A stretch of DNA of 64,000 nt from Candidatus Multivorans sp. (GCA_965247095.1 OZ251997.1:2432001-2496000), one strand, 5' to 3'. Positions 50,986 through 61,254 are shown, counted from the first letter of the stretch. A program made the numbers and translations. Notes: generated by a model not told the origin, from the sequence alone.

Positions 50986-52413
50986 ATGCGGTTCCCCCAC
51001 CACCAGCCGCCGCCTCTCACCCGTCGCCAGATGCTCAAGACCTGCGGCTGCGGCTTCGGCGGCCTGGCGCTCTCCTCCCTGCTGCAACGCGACCTCCTGG
51101 CCGCCACGCCCGGGAACCCGCTGGCGCCCCGCCCGCCGCACTTCGCCCCGAAAGCCAAGCGGATCATCTTTCTGCACATGCACGGCGGGCCGTCCCAGCA
51201 CGACCTCTTCGAGTACAAGCCGCTGCTGGTCCGCGACGACAACAAGCCGCTGCCCTTCGCCAAGCCCCGCGTGCAGTTCAACGAGACCGGCAATCTGTTC
51301 AAGAGCCCCTGGGAGTTCAAGCAGCACGGCCAGTCCGGCGCCTGGGTGAGCGAGCTTCTGCCCAACATCGCTTCGGTGGTCGACGAACTCTGCTTCATCC
51401 GCTCAATGTGGGGCACCAACGCCGCCCACGGCGGCGCGATCCTGGCGATGAACACCGGCAGCGACCGCTTCGTGCGCCCGTCGATGGGCTCGTGGATCGC
51501 CTACGGACTGGGCACCGAGAACGAGAACCTGCCCGGGTTCATCACCGTCTGTCCCTCGTACCAGCACGGCGGCGTGCAGAACTACTCGTCGGCCTTCCTG
51601 CCCGCCGCCTACAACGGCACCGCAATCGGCGCGGCCCGGATGAAGACCGAGGAGGCGACGATCGACTTCCTCGACAACGAGTCGGTCTCGCCGGCGGTGC
51701 AACGGAGCGAGCTCGATCTCCTGCAACGCTGGCAGCGCCGTCAGCTCGAGGAGACCGGCCCCGATCAGGCGCTCGAGGGCCGCATCGAGTCCTTCGAGCT
51801 CGCCTTCCGCATGCAGACCGAGGCGCCCGAACTGATGAGCATCGCCGGCGAGTCCGAGGCGTCCCGGCGGCTCTACGGACTCGACAACCCGGTGACCCGG
51901 AACTTCGGGCGCCGCTGCCTCCTCGCACGGCGCTTCTCGGAGTCGGGCGTGCGTTTCGTGCAGGCGACCCACGGTCCGGACACGAAGTGGGACCACCACT
52001 CGGGCCTCATCACCGGCCTGCCGCAGAGCTGCGCCGAGGTCGACCGGCCGGTGGCGGGCCTGATCAAGGATCTCAAGTCACGAGGACTGCTGGAAGAGAC
52101 CCTGGTGCTCTGGGGCGGCGAGTTCGGTCGGACTCCCGGCGCCGAGGCCGGCGCCCGCAACGGCCGCGACCACAACCCCCACGGCTACACCATGTTCATG
52201 GCCGGCGGCGGCACAAAGCCCGGCCACAGCCACGGCCGCACCGACGACTACGGCTACTACGCCATCGAGGACAAGGTCCACATCCACGACCTCCACGCCA
52301 CGATCCTGCATCTCCTGGGTCTCGATCACGAGCGGCTCACCTACCGCTCCCAGGGGCGCGACTTCCGCCTGACCGACGTCGAGGGCCTGGTCGTCGACAA
52401 GATCATCGCCTGA
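50986..52413 (+). CDS. DUF1501 (sulfatase-like, Tat) protein
   Basis: TRRQML, HGGPSQHDLF, RPSMGSW, GEFGRTP, GRDHNP, HDLHATILHLLG. Confidence 0.92.
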   Translation: MRFPHHQPPPLTRRQMLKTCGCGFGGLALSSLLQRDLLAATPGNPLAPRPPHFAPKAKRIIFLHMHGGPSQHDLFEYKPLLVRDDNKPLPFAKPRVQFNETGNLFKSPWEFKQHGQSGAWVSELLPNIASVVDELCFIRSMWGTNAAHGGAILAMNTGSDRFVRPSMGSWIAYGLGTENENLPGFITVCPSYQHGGVQNYSSAFLPAAYNGTAIGAARMKTEEATIDFLDNESVSPAVQRSELDLLQRWQRRQLEETGPDQALEGRIESFELAFRMQTEAPELMSIAGESEASRRLYGLDNPVTRNFGRRCLLARRFSESGVRFVQATHGPDTKWDHHSGLITGLPQSCAEVDRPVAGLIKDLKSRGLLEETLVLWGGEFGRTPGAEAGARNGRDHNPHGYTMFMAGGGTKPGHSHGRTDDYGYYAIEDKVHIHDLHATILHLLGLDHERLTYRSQGRDFRLTDVEGLVVDKIIA

Positions 52414-52429
52414 GCCCGCGGGCGAGACG

Positions 52430-53435
52430 CTTGGATCTCGTCGAGGCGACCAAGCTCATTCAGCTCAGCATGATTCATGTCCCGGACGAAGAGGGATTCG
52501 ATCCCGGGTCGATCTGGTACGGCTTCCTGCTGGGCTTCCCCATCCTCGGCCTGTGGTACTGGTGTACCGATCAGACCATCGTTCAACGGGTGCTTGGAGC
52601 AGGGACCCTGCGGGACGCGCAGCACGGCGCGCTCTTCGCCTCCCTGCTCAAGATCCTGCCCCCGTTCTTCATGGTCCTGCCGGGTGTACTGGCCTACGTG
52701 CTCTTCCGGGACATCATCGCCGAGCCGAAGGACGCCCTGCCGACGCTGATCACCGAGCTGCTGCCCACAGGGCTCATCGGCATCATGGCCGCGGCGTTGC
52801 TCGCGGCGCTCATGAGCACCATCGCGGCCGCTGTGAACAGCACGGGCACCCTGGTCGCCGTCGACATCGCCAAGCACTTCCGCCCCAGCCTGTCGGAAGC
52901 GTCGCAAGTGCGCATCGGGCGAATCAGCTCCGTGGTCGTAGTGGCCGTCGCGATCGCCTAGTCCACCCAGGGAGACGACCTCGGCTCCATCTTCGAAGCC
53001 ATCAACAAGATGCCGGCGCAGTTCATCGCGCCCCCCATCGCGACCGTCCTCGTCTGGGGCGTGTTCTGGCGGCGCGGCACCGCCCAGGCCGGCACCTTCA
53101 CGCTTCTCTTCGGCTTCCTGGCCGGCTTCATCGTCTTCCTGTTCGACATGGGCTTCGCCTTCCTCGGCGGCGTCCAGTACATCTCCGATCCCGTGAACGG
53201 CCTGGGCATTCCGTTCCTTCTGCAGGCGTGGTGGTACTTCTGCATCCTGAGCGTCGTCTACGTCGCCATCAGCCTGATGACGCCGCCGCCGAAGGCCGAA
53301 CAGATCGACGGCCTGACCTGGGATTCACCGTTCGCGTTCCTTACCCGGTCGGAGATCAGGGGGGTTCGGGATCCGAGGTTGATTGCGGCCGGGCTCGTGG
53401 GTGTGCTCGTGGTGCTGTACGGGTTGGTTCGGTAG
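52430..53435 (+). pseudogene. Sodium:solute symporter, 3' half with nonsense codon
   Basis: WYWCTDQTIVQRVL, LLAALMST..NS; TAG at 52959; 5' half missing. Confidence 0.85.
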
Positions 53436-53467
53436 AACCAACGCGGAAAGGGGCCAGAAACTGTGGC

Positions 53468-53833
53468 TCAGTCGTGTTGCCGCGGCGTTTCGAGAACCTG
53501 CTTCAGCGCCGGCTTGAGTGCAGGAACTTCGGCCTTCACGATGCCCCAAACTATGCCGTCGTCAACCCCGGGGTAGCCATGGATCAGCCGGTTCCTCGTT
53601 GCCACGATCGTTCGCCAGGGAATCTCCGGGTGCCTGGTCCTGACCGCCTCCGGCACATTGCCGGCCGCTTCACCGAGCAGAATCAAGTTCAGCCGAACGG
53701 CGTCGTAGGTACGGCGGTCCGACACGAAGGAGTCTCTATCGAGACCCTGGGTATCTTCCTGAACACGCTCGCAGAAGCCGACCATGTCCCGAACGTAGCA
53801 ACGCCACTCCCGCTTCCGTCCCGTCTCAGACAG
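53468..53833 (-). CDS. HepT/DUF86 HEPN toxin (start approximate)
   Basis: DAVRLNL..LGEAA..PEIPWR..RNRLIHGY. Confidence 0.88.
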   Translation of the reverse strand: MSETGRKREWRCYVRDMVGFCERVQEDTQGLDRDSFVSDRRTYDAVRLNLILLGEAAGNVPEAVRTRHPEIPWRTIVATRNRLIHGYPGVDDGIVWGIVKAEVPALKPALKQVLETPRQHD

Positions 53834-54116
53834 CGATGGCCTCGCTTTCGGCATATGGCCGGAACTCCGGCCGGAGAGCGCTCTCGATCACCAGATCGAT
53901 CTCCCGTCCCAGAAGGTCTTCCAGGTAGAACTGGAGTCCGAAATAGGTGTCCGGCTTCGACGGCCCTTTGAAGCGCACCAGAAGGTCCAGATCACTCTCG
54001 AGGCCTGCCTCGTCGCGAGCGACGGAACCGAACAGCCTCAGATGAGCTACCTCGAACCGGTCAAGGAACACGGGCTTGTGGGCCCGAAGAACCTGGACCA
54101 CCTCGTCTCGCCCCAT
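53826..54116 (-). CDS. MNT minimal nucleotidyltransferase antitoxin
   Basis: LFGSVARDEA..SDLDLLV..LEDLLGREIDLV. Confidence 0.9.
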   Translation of the reverse strand: MGRDEVVQVLRAHKPVFLDRFEVAHLRLFGSVARDEAGLESDLDLLVRFKGPSKPDTYFGLQFYLEDLLGREIDLVIESALRPEFRPYAESEAIAV

Positions 54117-54367
54117 CGGAGCATCGCCCCTGCCGATGCGCGCCACGATCGCCCTGACTTCTTGCTCACGCTCGAGCCTCAATGTCGCGGTACCTGAACC
54201 ACCGCAGCCGGGGCGACTGTCGCCAGGCTCAGCGCCGGGTTGATTATCTCGGCGAGCTGCTTCCATACGCCATTCCTACCCCTCTCTGGAGCAGTCTAAC
54301 CCCACGCTGCACACGCCCACATCCTGCTCACGACCCGGGGGCTCGGTCATCACCCGGATGGACTCGA

Positions 54368-54952
54368 CTACCGCCAGAACCAGACCGGAAACGCCAACGT
54401 ACCAATCCGTCGAGCGACGCTGCGAACGGACGCCGGGAACCATGCCAGCTCGCGCCCCGCGCCGTCCCGGGAGTGGGCCGAACGCGCGCGGACGCCTCGC
54501 AAGCCCAAGTCCTTGGCGCGCCTTCCAACGAGATGGCAGCGGTCACGCGCCACCACGGCGCCGTCTCGGTCGAGCGGATAGGTCACAGGCATCCCGGCGG
54601 CTCGGACCCCGGCCCGCGTGTGCATGTCGCAGACGACTTGGCGACGGGGCAACGTGCATTCCACGAGGACCGGTCCGTTGTCTTCCCGAAGTTCTTCCGG
54701 TTCATACGGCCAGCCGGCGATGAAGGCCCGGAGATTCAGGCGCGCCGTCACCATGTCCTCGTTCAGATAGAGGGTCGGGAAACTGTCCGGCGGGTTCCAG
54801 CGGTCGCCCCGTCGTTGCGCGAAGCCCGGGTCGAGTGGATCGGCCCAGGCCGGCTTGGCGATACGCCACCAGGAGTGATCGTCGGGGATTCTCTCGACGA
54901 CCAAGTCCGCCGTCAGCTTTGCGCGCGCTCGAAGTCGAACATGTCGCGGCAT
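54368..54952 (-). CDS. RES-domain toxin (start uncertain)
   Basis: WWRI..GDRWNPP..PTLYLNE..GVRARSA..ELAWF. Confidence 0.75.
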   Translation of the reverse strand: MPRHVRLRARAKLTADLVVERIPDDHSWWRIAKPAWADPLDPGFAQRRGDRWNPPDSFPTLYLNEDMVTARLNLRAFIAGWPYEPEELREDNGPVLVECTLPRRQVVCDMHTRAGVRAAGMPVTYPLDRDGAVVARDRCHLVGRRAKDLGLRGVRARSAHSRDGAGRELAWFPASVRSVARRIGTLAFPVWFWR

Positions 54953-55278
54953 GCGGACAGCAGCCGGTTTGTGTCGCCCTGGCCCAGCAGATCCAGCAGG
55001 GAGACGCCGTCAAGCTTCGGTATCGGCCGACGCACTACGGCCGGTATCCGGTCGCGCTTGAGATAGCGCTCCAGCAGATCGGTGGCGGCCCTCATATCCG
55101 CCACGGCTACCGCGTGATCCGCCGGCACGTCCCGTCGCAGCCACTTGCCGAACGCCTGACGGCTCACACGGAACGACGCGGCGGCCTTCGTCTGGCTGAG
55201 GCACCAAACCTCGATCGCACGCGTCAATTCCGAAGCGCGCTGGCTAGCAGCACGGCTGCCCACTTCCTCGGGTCGCAT
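54913..55278 (-). CDS. Xre/MbcA-like antitoxin
   Basis: HTH LSQTKAAASFRVSRQAFGKW; RRPIPKLDGVSLLDLL. Confidence 0.75.
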   Translation of the reverse strand: MRPEEVGSRAASQRASELTRAIEVWCLSQTKAAASFRVSRQAFGKWLRRDVPADHAVAVADMRAATDLLERYLKRDRIPAVVRRPIPKLDGVSLLDLLGQGDTNRLLSACRDMFDFERAQS

Positions 55279-55344
55279 TACGCAGGCGGCTGTTCGCTCC
55301 GTGACGACTCAGGGAGCCGAGCCTTGGCGGGCGTCCGCTCCCAC

Positions 55345-55630
55345 TGAGTGCCGGCCAACTCCTCCGGGGAGCCGAAGACCTCGATGAGGGCGTCGGCCTG
55401 TTCCGGAGTGAAACCGGCACCGATCAGGATCGGCCGGGCGATGTGGGGTGGGTACTTCATCGTCGAGTCTCCTGAGCTTGAGCGGCCGAATCGACGCGCT
55501 GGACGGCCACCTGACGGGCCGGATCGACGGCCTCAGCAGTCAACTGACGATGATCAAGTGGTTCCTCGGAGCCGTGATCGCCATGATGGCCCCGGCCACG
55601 GTCGCGCTCGTCCGCCTGGCGTTTATGTAG
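55345..55630. pseudogene. CCDC90/DUF1640-like coiled-coil gene with halves on opposite strands
   Basis: Minus: LIGAGFTPEQADALIEVF; plus: RIDALDGHLTGRIDGLSSQLTMIKWFLGAVIAM. Confidence 0.5.
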
Positions 55631-55677
55631 ACCGCTGCGCTGCCTACCGACTTGGCGCCGTCGCAGCGGGCCCGACT

Positions 55678-56205
55678 TCAGCCCGCCTTCTTCACCTCGA
55701 ACGGCACGGCGAGCTTCTCCCAGCGCAGCACGACCCACGACTCCACGACTTCAAAATCCATTGCCTCCACGTGGTCGACGGCTTTCGGGGTGGCGGTCAC
55801 CCGCAGCGCGTCCTGACCGGCGTCATACCTGGTGCCCCACTGGTCTGCGACCTTGTTGAAGATGACGGTCCACTCGTTCTCGCCTGGCAGGGTGAAGAGG
55901 CCATAAGTGCCGGCGGCCAGCTTCTCGCCACCGATCTCGACGTCGGCGCTGAAGGTGATGGTGGTGGCCTCGTCGGCGCCGGTACGCCAGACCCTGCCGT
56001 ACGGAACCAGGTCGCCCCAGATCGTCCGCCCCTTCACGTTGGGACGTCCGTACTCCAGCGTCACCGTGACGCCGTCGATCGTCCCCTCCACCTTGCCGTT
56101 CTTGCTCGCCCTGCTCGCGTCGTCTTCGCGCTGCGCCACCGCGGGAAGCGCCGTGACCAGGAGGGCCGTGAAGATCAGCGGAATCGTTGCTCGGTACTTG
56201 TGCAT
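55678..56205 (-). CDS. DUF2911 family secreted protein
   Basis: YGRPNVKGRTIWGDLVPYGRVWRTGADEAT, AGTYGLFTLP, WTVIFNK. Confidence 0.92.
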   Translation of the reverse strand: MHKYRATIPLIFTALLVTALPAVAQREDDASRASKNGKVEGTIDGVTVTLEYGRPNVKGRTIWGDLVPYGRVWRTGADEATTITFSADVEIGGEKLAAGTYGLFTLPGENEWTVIFNKVADQWGTRYDAGQDALRVTATPKAVDHVEAMDFEVVESWVVLRWEKLAVPFEVKKAG

Positions 56206-56331
56206 TTCGTCCTCCAGCTAAGAGAGTGTTAGATCGGCTTTCGCGCGCCGATGCCACCGTAGGATAGACCGACTCCTCGCGGAGAACTATCCCGACGGCG
56301 GAACAACTCTAGAGCGTCCTGGAGCCATCGC

Positions 56332-57735
56332 ATGGTGAAACCCCTCGGCCGATTCCTCGCCGTGCTGCTGATTGCGGCCTGCGCCTGCCAACCGGAGGCC
56401 GGCGACGATCCGCCCAACGTCGTGCTGCTCATGGCCGATGACATGGGTTGGGCACAGACCGGCTACTACGGCCATCCACTACTGAACACGCCCCATCTCG
56501 ACGCCATGGCCCGCGCCGGCCTGCGCATGGACCGGTTCTACGCCGGCGCGCCGAGTTGCTCCCCTACGCGCGCATCGGTCATGACGGGCCGCACCAATGA
56601 TCGCACCGGGGTCTTCCGGGTCGGCGACTCGATCAACAAGCAGGAGAAGATGCTCGCTGCGGCGTTCCGGCAAGCCGGCTACGCAACGGCCCACTTCGGC
56701 AAGTGGCATCTGAACCGCGTCAATCCAATCGGCGACAATCCGCTTCCCAAGGACGATCCCCATAATCCCGGCGAACTCGGCTTCGACTACTGGTTGAGCC
56801 ACACCAACCAGTTCAACCTGGACCCCACACTAAGCGAGAACGGGGCGCCGAAGCAGTTCAAGGGCGACTCGTCGGAAGTCCTTGTCGCCGAAGCGCTGCG
56901 CTACATCTCGGAGCAGGCGGAAAGCGGCAGACCCGTGTTCGCGGTGATCTGGTACGCCTCCCCGCACCGACCTCTTGCCGCCTTCCCGGAAGACGCCGAG
57001 CCCTTCGCGGCGCTGGACGACGGTTCCAGGGCACACCACGGCGAGATCGTCGCTCTGGACCGCTCCATCGGTGCTCTCCGCAAGGGCTTGCGCGAACTCG
57101 GCATCGCCGACAACACCCTGCTGTGGTTCACCAGCGACAACGGGGGTTTGCCCAATATCGACTACGGCCCCGAGCATCCCGGCATCCGTCCCGACACCAC
57201 CGGCCACCTGCGCGGCTTCAAGAAGGACTTCTACGAGGGCGGCTTGCGTGTACCGACGATCATCGAATGGCCACGCGGCATCGCCCCGAGGACCTCCAAC
57301 TTTCCGGCCAGCACCATGGACATCTTCCCCACGCTGATCGAGATCGCGAAGCTCGACCCGATGTCGATCAACGCCATGGGCGACGGCATCTCCATCGCCC
57401 ACGCATTCGACTCCGAGCCCGCCCGCAGGGATCGGCCCATCGGCTTCCGAGCCAGCGGCGGCCTCGCCTGGCTCGACAACGACTACAAGCTGATGAGGAA
57501 CTACACCTCCGACACACCCGATGCCTACGAGCTCTACAACCTGATCGGCGATCCACAGGAACAGCAGAACCTGATCGAACAGCAAACCCAGATTGCCACC
57601 CGTATGCGCTCGGAACTAGATGCCTGGAACCGGTCCGTCGACGCGAGCATCACCGGCGCCGACTACCCGGAGGGCAGGGTTCTGCCTTCCGGTCGCGAGC
57701 CGAAGGAGACGACGGCGCCGGCGACCGACGGGTGA
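56332..57735 (+). CDS. Sulfatase (lipoprotein)
   Basis: PNVVLLMADDMG, CSPTRAS, FGKWHL, FTSDNG, YEGGLRVP. Confidence 0.93.
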   Translation: MVKPLGRFLAVLLIAACACQPEAGDDPPNVVLLMADDMGWAQTGYYGHPLLNTPHLDAMARAGLRMDRFYAGAPSCSPTRASVMTGRTNDRTGVFRVGDSINKQEKMLAAAFRQAGYATAHFGKWHLNRVNPIGDNPLPKDDPHNPGELGFDYWLSHTNQFNLDPTLSENGAPKQFKGDSSEVLVAEALRYISEQAESGRPVFAVIWYASPHRPLAAFPEDAEPFAALDDGSRAHHGEIVALDRSIGALRKGLRELGIADNTLLWFTSDNGGLPNIDYGPEHPGIRPDTTGHLRGFKKDFYEGGLRVPTIIEWPRGIAPRTSNFPASTMDIFPTLIEIAKLDPMSINAMGDGISIAHAFDSEPARRDRPIGFRASGGLAWLDNDYKLMRNYTSDTPDAYELYNLIGDPQEQQNLIEQQTQIATRMRSELDAWNRSVDASITGADYPEGRVLPSGREPKETTAPATDG

Positions 57736-57768
57736 GACGCAGGCCACGGGCCGGCGCTGCAAACCAGG

Positions 57769-57912
57769 TTACTGCGCCAGCAGCTTCCCCAAGTCATCGT
57801 TCTCGCGCATGGAGTCTTCCAGATGCCGAAGCGCGTCCGGCCGCACACGGCGCCGCGCCAGGTATTCCTCGATCGCCTCGGAGAGCACTCCCGAGACGCT
57901 CCGTTTGGTCTC
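57769..57912 (-). pseudogene. RHH antitoxin remnant, paralog of 37139-37351
   Basis: ETKRSVSGVLSEAIEEYLARRRVRPDALRHLEDSMRENDDLGKLLAQ*. Confidence 0.8.
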
Positions 57913-58104
57913 CCTTGGGGGACTATATCCCTGTTACCCACCCGGAAACGGTGCAGCATAACGGTTTCGGACCGTAGCTCGCGAAGCCGGCGGTGGCAAC
58001 CCGAACGAGGGGTGCGGTCAAACGACCCGACGACGCGGAAGCGGGAACGCCCCAGTGGCTGCCGTTCAAGACCATCGGCCAGCCACCGACCGCCCACACG
58101 CTTG

Positions 58105-58764
58105 TCACTGAATCTCAACTCGAAGTGCGTTGATCTGTTCCATCAACAAGTTGACCATGTGTGCCGAGATGCGCAACTCGTCTTCGGGGATCTCGCCCCA
58201 GAGCAGCGGCAGCACTTCCATTTTCTTCCTGTCCTCCTTTCGTACTCTCCATCCCGCGTGAAGGATGGCGTTCCGCACGTGACGAAGATCGCCCAGAAGT
58301 TGGCACTGAACCGCATCGGGTCTGACGTCGAACATGCGTGCAATCTTTGGGCGACAACCGTGCTCCCAGAGAGAGAAGACGAAGACCATGAACGCATTGG
58401 CATCACGGTAGCCGAAGACTCCACCTTTCAACACGCCATCTAGGACCTCCCTGTGTGTCATTGCCGCGAGAGTACAGCTACCAGGCACATTTTCGCTGGC
58501 TGGGGGTCCAGTCCCCACCGACAGGAGCATGTCTGCACGCTCCGGATCCCAGAGGAACTGCCACTCCTTGGACGTTGGGACCCAGCCTCGTAACTCTACA
58601 TTGAGTGCGAAGACCATGTACTGTTCATGGCACCTCGAACGGAACGCCTCAAGTTCCGCACGAGCCGTTGCTACAGCTTCCGCGTCAGCGCCCGCGGGAG
58701 GGCACAGGTCTACCTCGGCAGGCCCGCCGGTCCAGTACAACCCCTGTTCCATAGCTGGCTCCAT
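58105..58764 (-). CDS. Hypothetical protein with HEPN-like RxxxxH motif
   Basis: VFVFSLWE..LGDLRHVRNAILH; lower GC than flanks. Confidence 0.5.
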   Translation of the reverse strand: MEPAMEQGLYWTGGPAEVDLCPPAGADAEAVATARAELEAFRSRCHEQYMVFALNVELRGWVPTSKEWQFLWDPERADMLLSVGTGPPASENVPGSCTLAAMTHREVLDGVLKGGVFGYRDANAFMVFVFSLWEHGCRPKIARMFDVRPDAVQCQLLGDLRHVRNAILHAGWRVRKEDRKKMEVLPLLWGEIPEDELRISAHMVNLLMEQINALRVEIQ

Positions 58765-58795
58765 CACTCCAGAGAGGGGAACTGCTTGCTTCCTG

Positions 58796-59212
58796 TCAGA
58801 GCGCTCGGCAGGTGCCGAGGAACTGCGACGGGCTCGGTCCTCCGACGGCCGTGTGCCGTGAGTACACCGCCACGAATGGCTGGAGAATCCCGTCATCGTC
58901 CTTCCGCCAAGCGTAGACCGTGAGCAGGTTCACTGCGCCCGGCGGCGTCCGTTCGATAAACGATGCACTGTCACGGCCCAATACCGCGACCAGGTTAGCC
59001 GTTCCGACATTGCCGAGCATCCTGGCGGTTCCAGCTTCGTAGTCCACGTCACCGAGGGTGATGCTGCTGCTGAACTCGTCCCCGAAATCGCATTGGAAGC
59101 TACGAGTCGTCCGCAGCAGTTCCACTGCGTCCGAGTCTGGAAACAGGCTAGTATACTCGGCTCCTGTGCAACTGAGAACAACGAGGACAGCGCACGCCAC
59201 GTAGTTCTTCAC
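58796..59212 (-). CDS. Hypothetical lipoprotein
   Basis: VLSC lipobox; beta-rich; Cys pair FQC..GTC. Confidence 0.55.
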   Translation of the reverse strand: MKNYVACAVLVVLSCTGAEYTSLFPDSDAVELLRTTRSFQCDFGDEFSSSITLGDVDYEAGTARMLGNVGTANLVAVLGRDSASFIERTPPGAVNLLTVYAWRKDDDGILQPFVAVYSRHTAVGGPSPSQFLGTCRAL

Positions 59213-59429
59213 CGGCAGTCGGCCTCATTGACGCCCACAGCCCACACGGTGTTCCAGAACGAGAGCGGTTCTCTACTCACTGGCGCGTCTTCCATGGCCC
59301 ACGACATTCTTTCGACATGAACTGCTCCAAGGTAATCCACTCCCGATTCTGGAGTGTAGCTATCACGTCGAAATCTCGCTCGCTCCCCGCAGCCCACCGA
59401 ATCAAGCGCCTTCAATGAGCAGGCGGGGG

Positions 59430-59523
59430 TCGTCGCCCTCTCCTCCAGCGCCGGATTCAGGTAGGCAGCCGCGTCCTCCGGCGACTTGAGATAGTCGCTG
59501 GCCCTATGAGCCTTCACGGGCAT
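59430..59523 (-). pseudogene. Addiction-module antidote (HI1420-like) N-terminal remnant
   Basis: ASDYLKSPEDAAAYLNPALEE. Confidence 0.65.
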
Positions 59524-59755
59524 TCCGCTTCTCCTGTTTGTACGCACGCCAGCAGGCGTGTGTGGACGGCTGCGGCGGCTCCTCGCCGTTCCCTCGCATA
59601 TCCTCGACGCAGCCGGTAACCAGCTCCCGGACGCCAGCCAGCGCTTCGTCGGGCGTCGGCGCCAGCCAACTGAGCGACGGGAACTCGACGCAAAGGCCCA
59701 AGTGCTCCTCGTCTTCGGCTGACCAGGTGACACGGTAAGTGTAGTGGTCCCTCAT
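59504..59755 (-). CDS. HicB-family antitoxin (C-terminal DNA-binding part missing; no hicA)
   Basis: HYTYRVTWSAEDEEHLGLCVEFPSLSWLA.TPDEAL. Confidence 0.8.
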   Translation of the reverse strand: MRDHYTYRVTWSAEDEEHLGLCVEFPSLSWLAPTPDEALAGVRELVTGCVEDMRGNGEEPPQPSTHACWRAYKQEKRNAREGS

Positions 59756-59801
59756 TCGCTCCCCTCGCGCTTGTCGATCGCCAACGCGGATGTACCGCCC
59801 G

Positions 59802-60584
59802 CTACGCCAGTCCGCCGAGATCCACGATCAACGGAGCGCTGGATGGCCAGTTTCGGCCCGGAAGCTCCTGGACCGGGGCTCGGTACTCCAGATCGACCCG
59901 CGCTGAGGCCACCGACTCCGCGACGCCCTCGCTGCCGAGGATCAGTTGCAGCCTGGCCGTGGGCGGAAGCCGGGGATTGAAGTCGTAGTTGAAGCCCGGG
60001 TCCGAAAGCGGGTTGGCGCGCCGATAGAGGTCCACGAACCCGGCACCGAAGATTGCCTCCAGTCGCTTCTTCTCCTCCGAAGTCCGGTTCAGGATGCCGG
60101 GCTTCGCGGGGACGTCAGGCAGAACGTTGAAGTCGCCGCACAGCACTGAGTAGCCCGAGCTGGTCCGTCGCTCGCCGATGTGCCGGATCAGGCGATCCAG
60201 CCAGGCGACCTTGTGCGCCAAAGCGCCAGGGATTCCACGCTTCTTCGGATTGCCGAAGGGTGCGTACACGGAGGAGACCACCAGATCGGCAACTCGGGCG
60301 GTCAGCAACCCGTCGTCCGGTCGATCGCCGCCCGGCAGTCCCCTGTCCAGAATCTCGGGCGTCGGCAGATCGCTCCGGCTGAGCAGGGCGACGCCATACA
60401 GGGATTGCCGGCGAAGAGCCTCGGAGCGGTAGCCGACACGAGCCAACTCTTCTGTCGGGAACTTAGCCTCCGGAGCGCGGATCTTCTGAAGCGCCACGAC
60501 ATCGGGCCGGCGGCGTTCAAGCCAGTGGCATAGGACATCCAGGCGACCGCGAACGCCACCGATGCACCAGGTCGCGACCCTCAT
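59802..60584 (-). CDS. Exodeoxyribonuclease III (Xth)-like protein with degenerate active site
   Basis: MRVATW..WLERRRPDVVALQK..YGVALLSR..SVYAPFG..CGDFNV..GFVDLYR. Confidence 0.8.
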   Translation of the reverse strand: MRVATWCIGGVRGRLDVLCHWLERRRPDVVALQKIRAPEAKFPTEELARVGYRSEALRRQSLYGVALLSRSDLPTPEILDRGLPGGDRPDDGLLTARVADLVVSSVYAPFGNPKKRGIPGALAHKVAWLDRLIRHIGERRTSSGYSVLCGDFNVLPDVPAKPGILNRTSEEKKRLEAIFGAGFVDLYRRANPLSDPGFNYDFNPRLPPTARLQLILGSEGVAESVASARVDLEYRAPVQELPGRNWPSSAPLIVDLGGLA

Positions 60585-60792
60585 CGACCGCCCCCCGGGA
60601 CCGGCAGCCGCGTCGGCCAGTAGATCTTGATCATGGTCCCTTTGGGTCCTCGAAGTAGAAGCTGGGGACACTACCCGACCATCTCAGCTTCGCCGGCAAC
60701 CCGGAGAGTGGCCGACCGGGACCGGACTGCGTGGTAGCTTGCCTCGCGCTCCCAACCGTCCCGCCTTTCCAACTCCAAAGGGGTACTCGACC

Positions 60793-61254
60793 ATGAACCG
60801 TCTCCCTGTGGCCGGCCGTCGCTTGGCCTGCCTCGCGCTCCTCGCACTCGCCGTACCACCTTCGGCGTCGAGCCAGGAGATGACGATCGGCAATGGAGAG
60901 AAGAACGCGATCATCGTCGACGGCATGACCCGCGAGGCCCGGACATTCACGTTCCGGGAGGTGACGCTCGCAGAGCCGGGATGGCTGGTGCTGCACCCCT
61001 TCGAGGGCGGTGAGGTGCAGGGCGAGATCTATGTCGGCGCGAAGTACCTCCCCGCCGGTACTCACGAGAGCGTCACAATCGACGTCCAGACGGCCCCCGA
61101 GCCGGCGCCCGGCACGCAGTTCATCGTGATGCTGCACGGTGACGTCGACCGCGACGAGACCTTCGACTTCTTCTTTGTCGACGAGAGGAACGTCGCCGAC
61201 AAGGCCGTGTTCGAGGGCTCGACGATGATCGGCCACGTGATCGCGGCGCCATGA
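60793..61254 (+). CDS. Secreted hypothetical beta-sandwich protein
   Basis: Signal peptide; PGWLVLH..LPAGTHESV..VMLHGDVDRDETFDF. Confidence 0.7.
   Translation: MNRLPVAGRRLACLALLALAVPPSASSQEMTIGNGEKNAIIVDGMTREARTFTFREVTLAEPGWLVLHPFEGGEVQGEIYVGAKYLPAGTHESVTIDVQTAPEPAPGTQFIVMLHGDVDRDETFDFFFVDERNVADKAVFEGSTMIGHVIAAP

Noticed and set aside
49022-52961. In-frame stops at 49022 (TAG), 50258 (TGA) and 52959 (TAG) as Pyl/Sec or alternative-code read-through
   Set aside because: Contexts imply three different residues (AFR-Y-RDY, P-R-GFL, IA-W-S), each one substitution from a sense codon, in genes that also have deletions. These are nonsense mutations, and TAG/TGA end many normal genes here.
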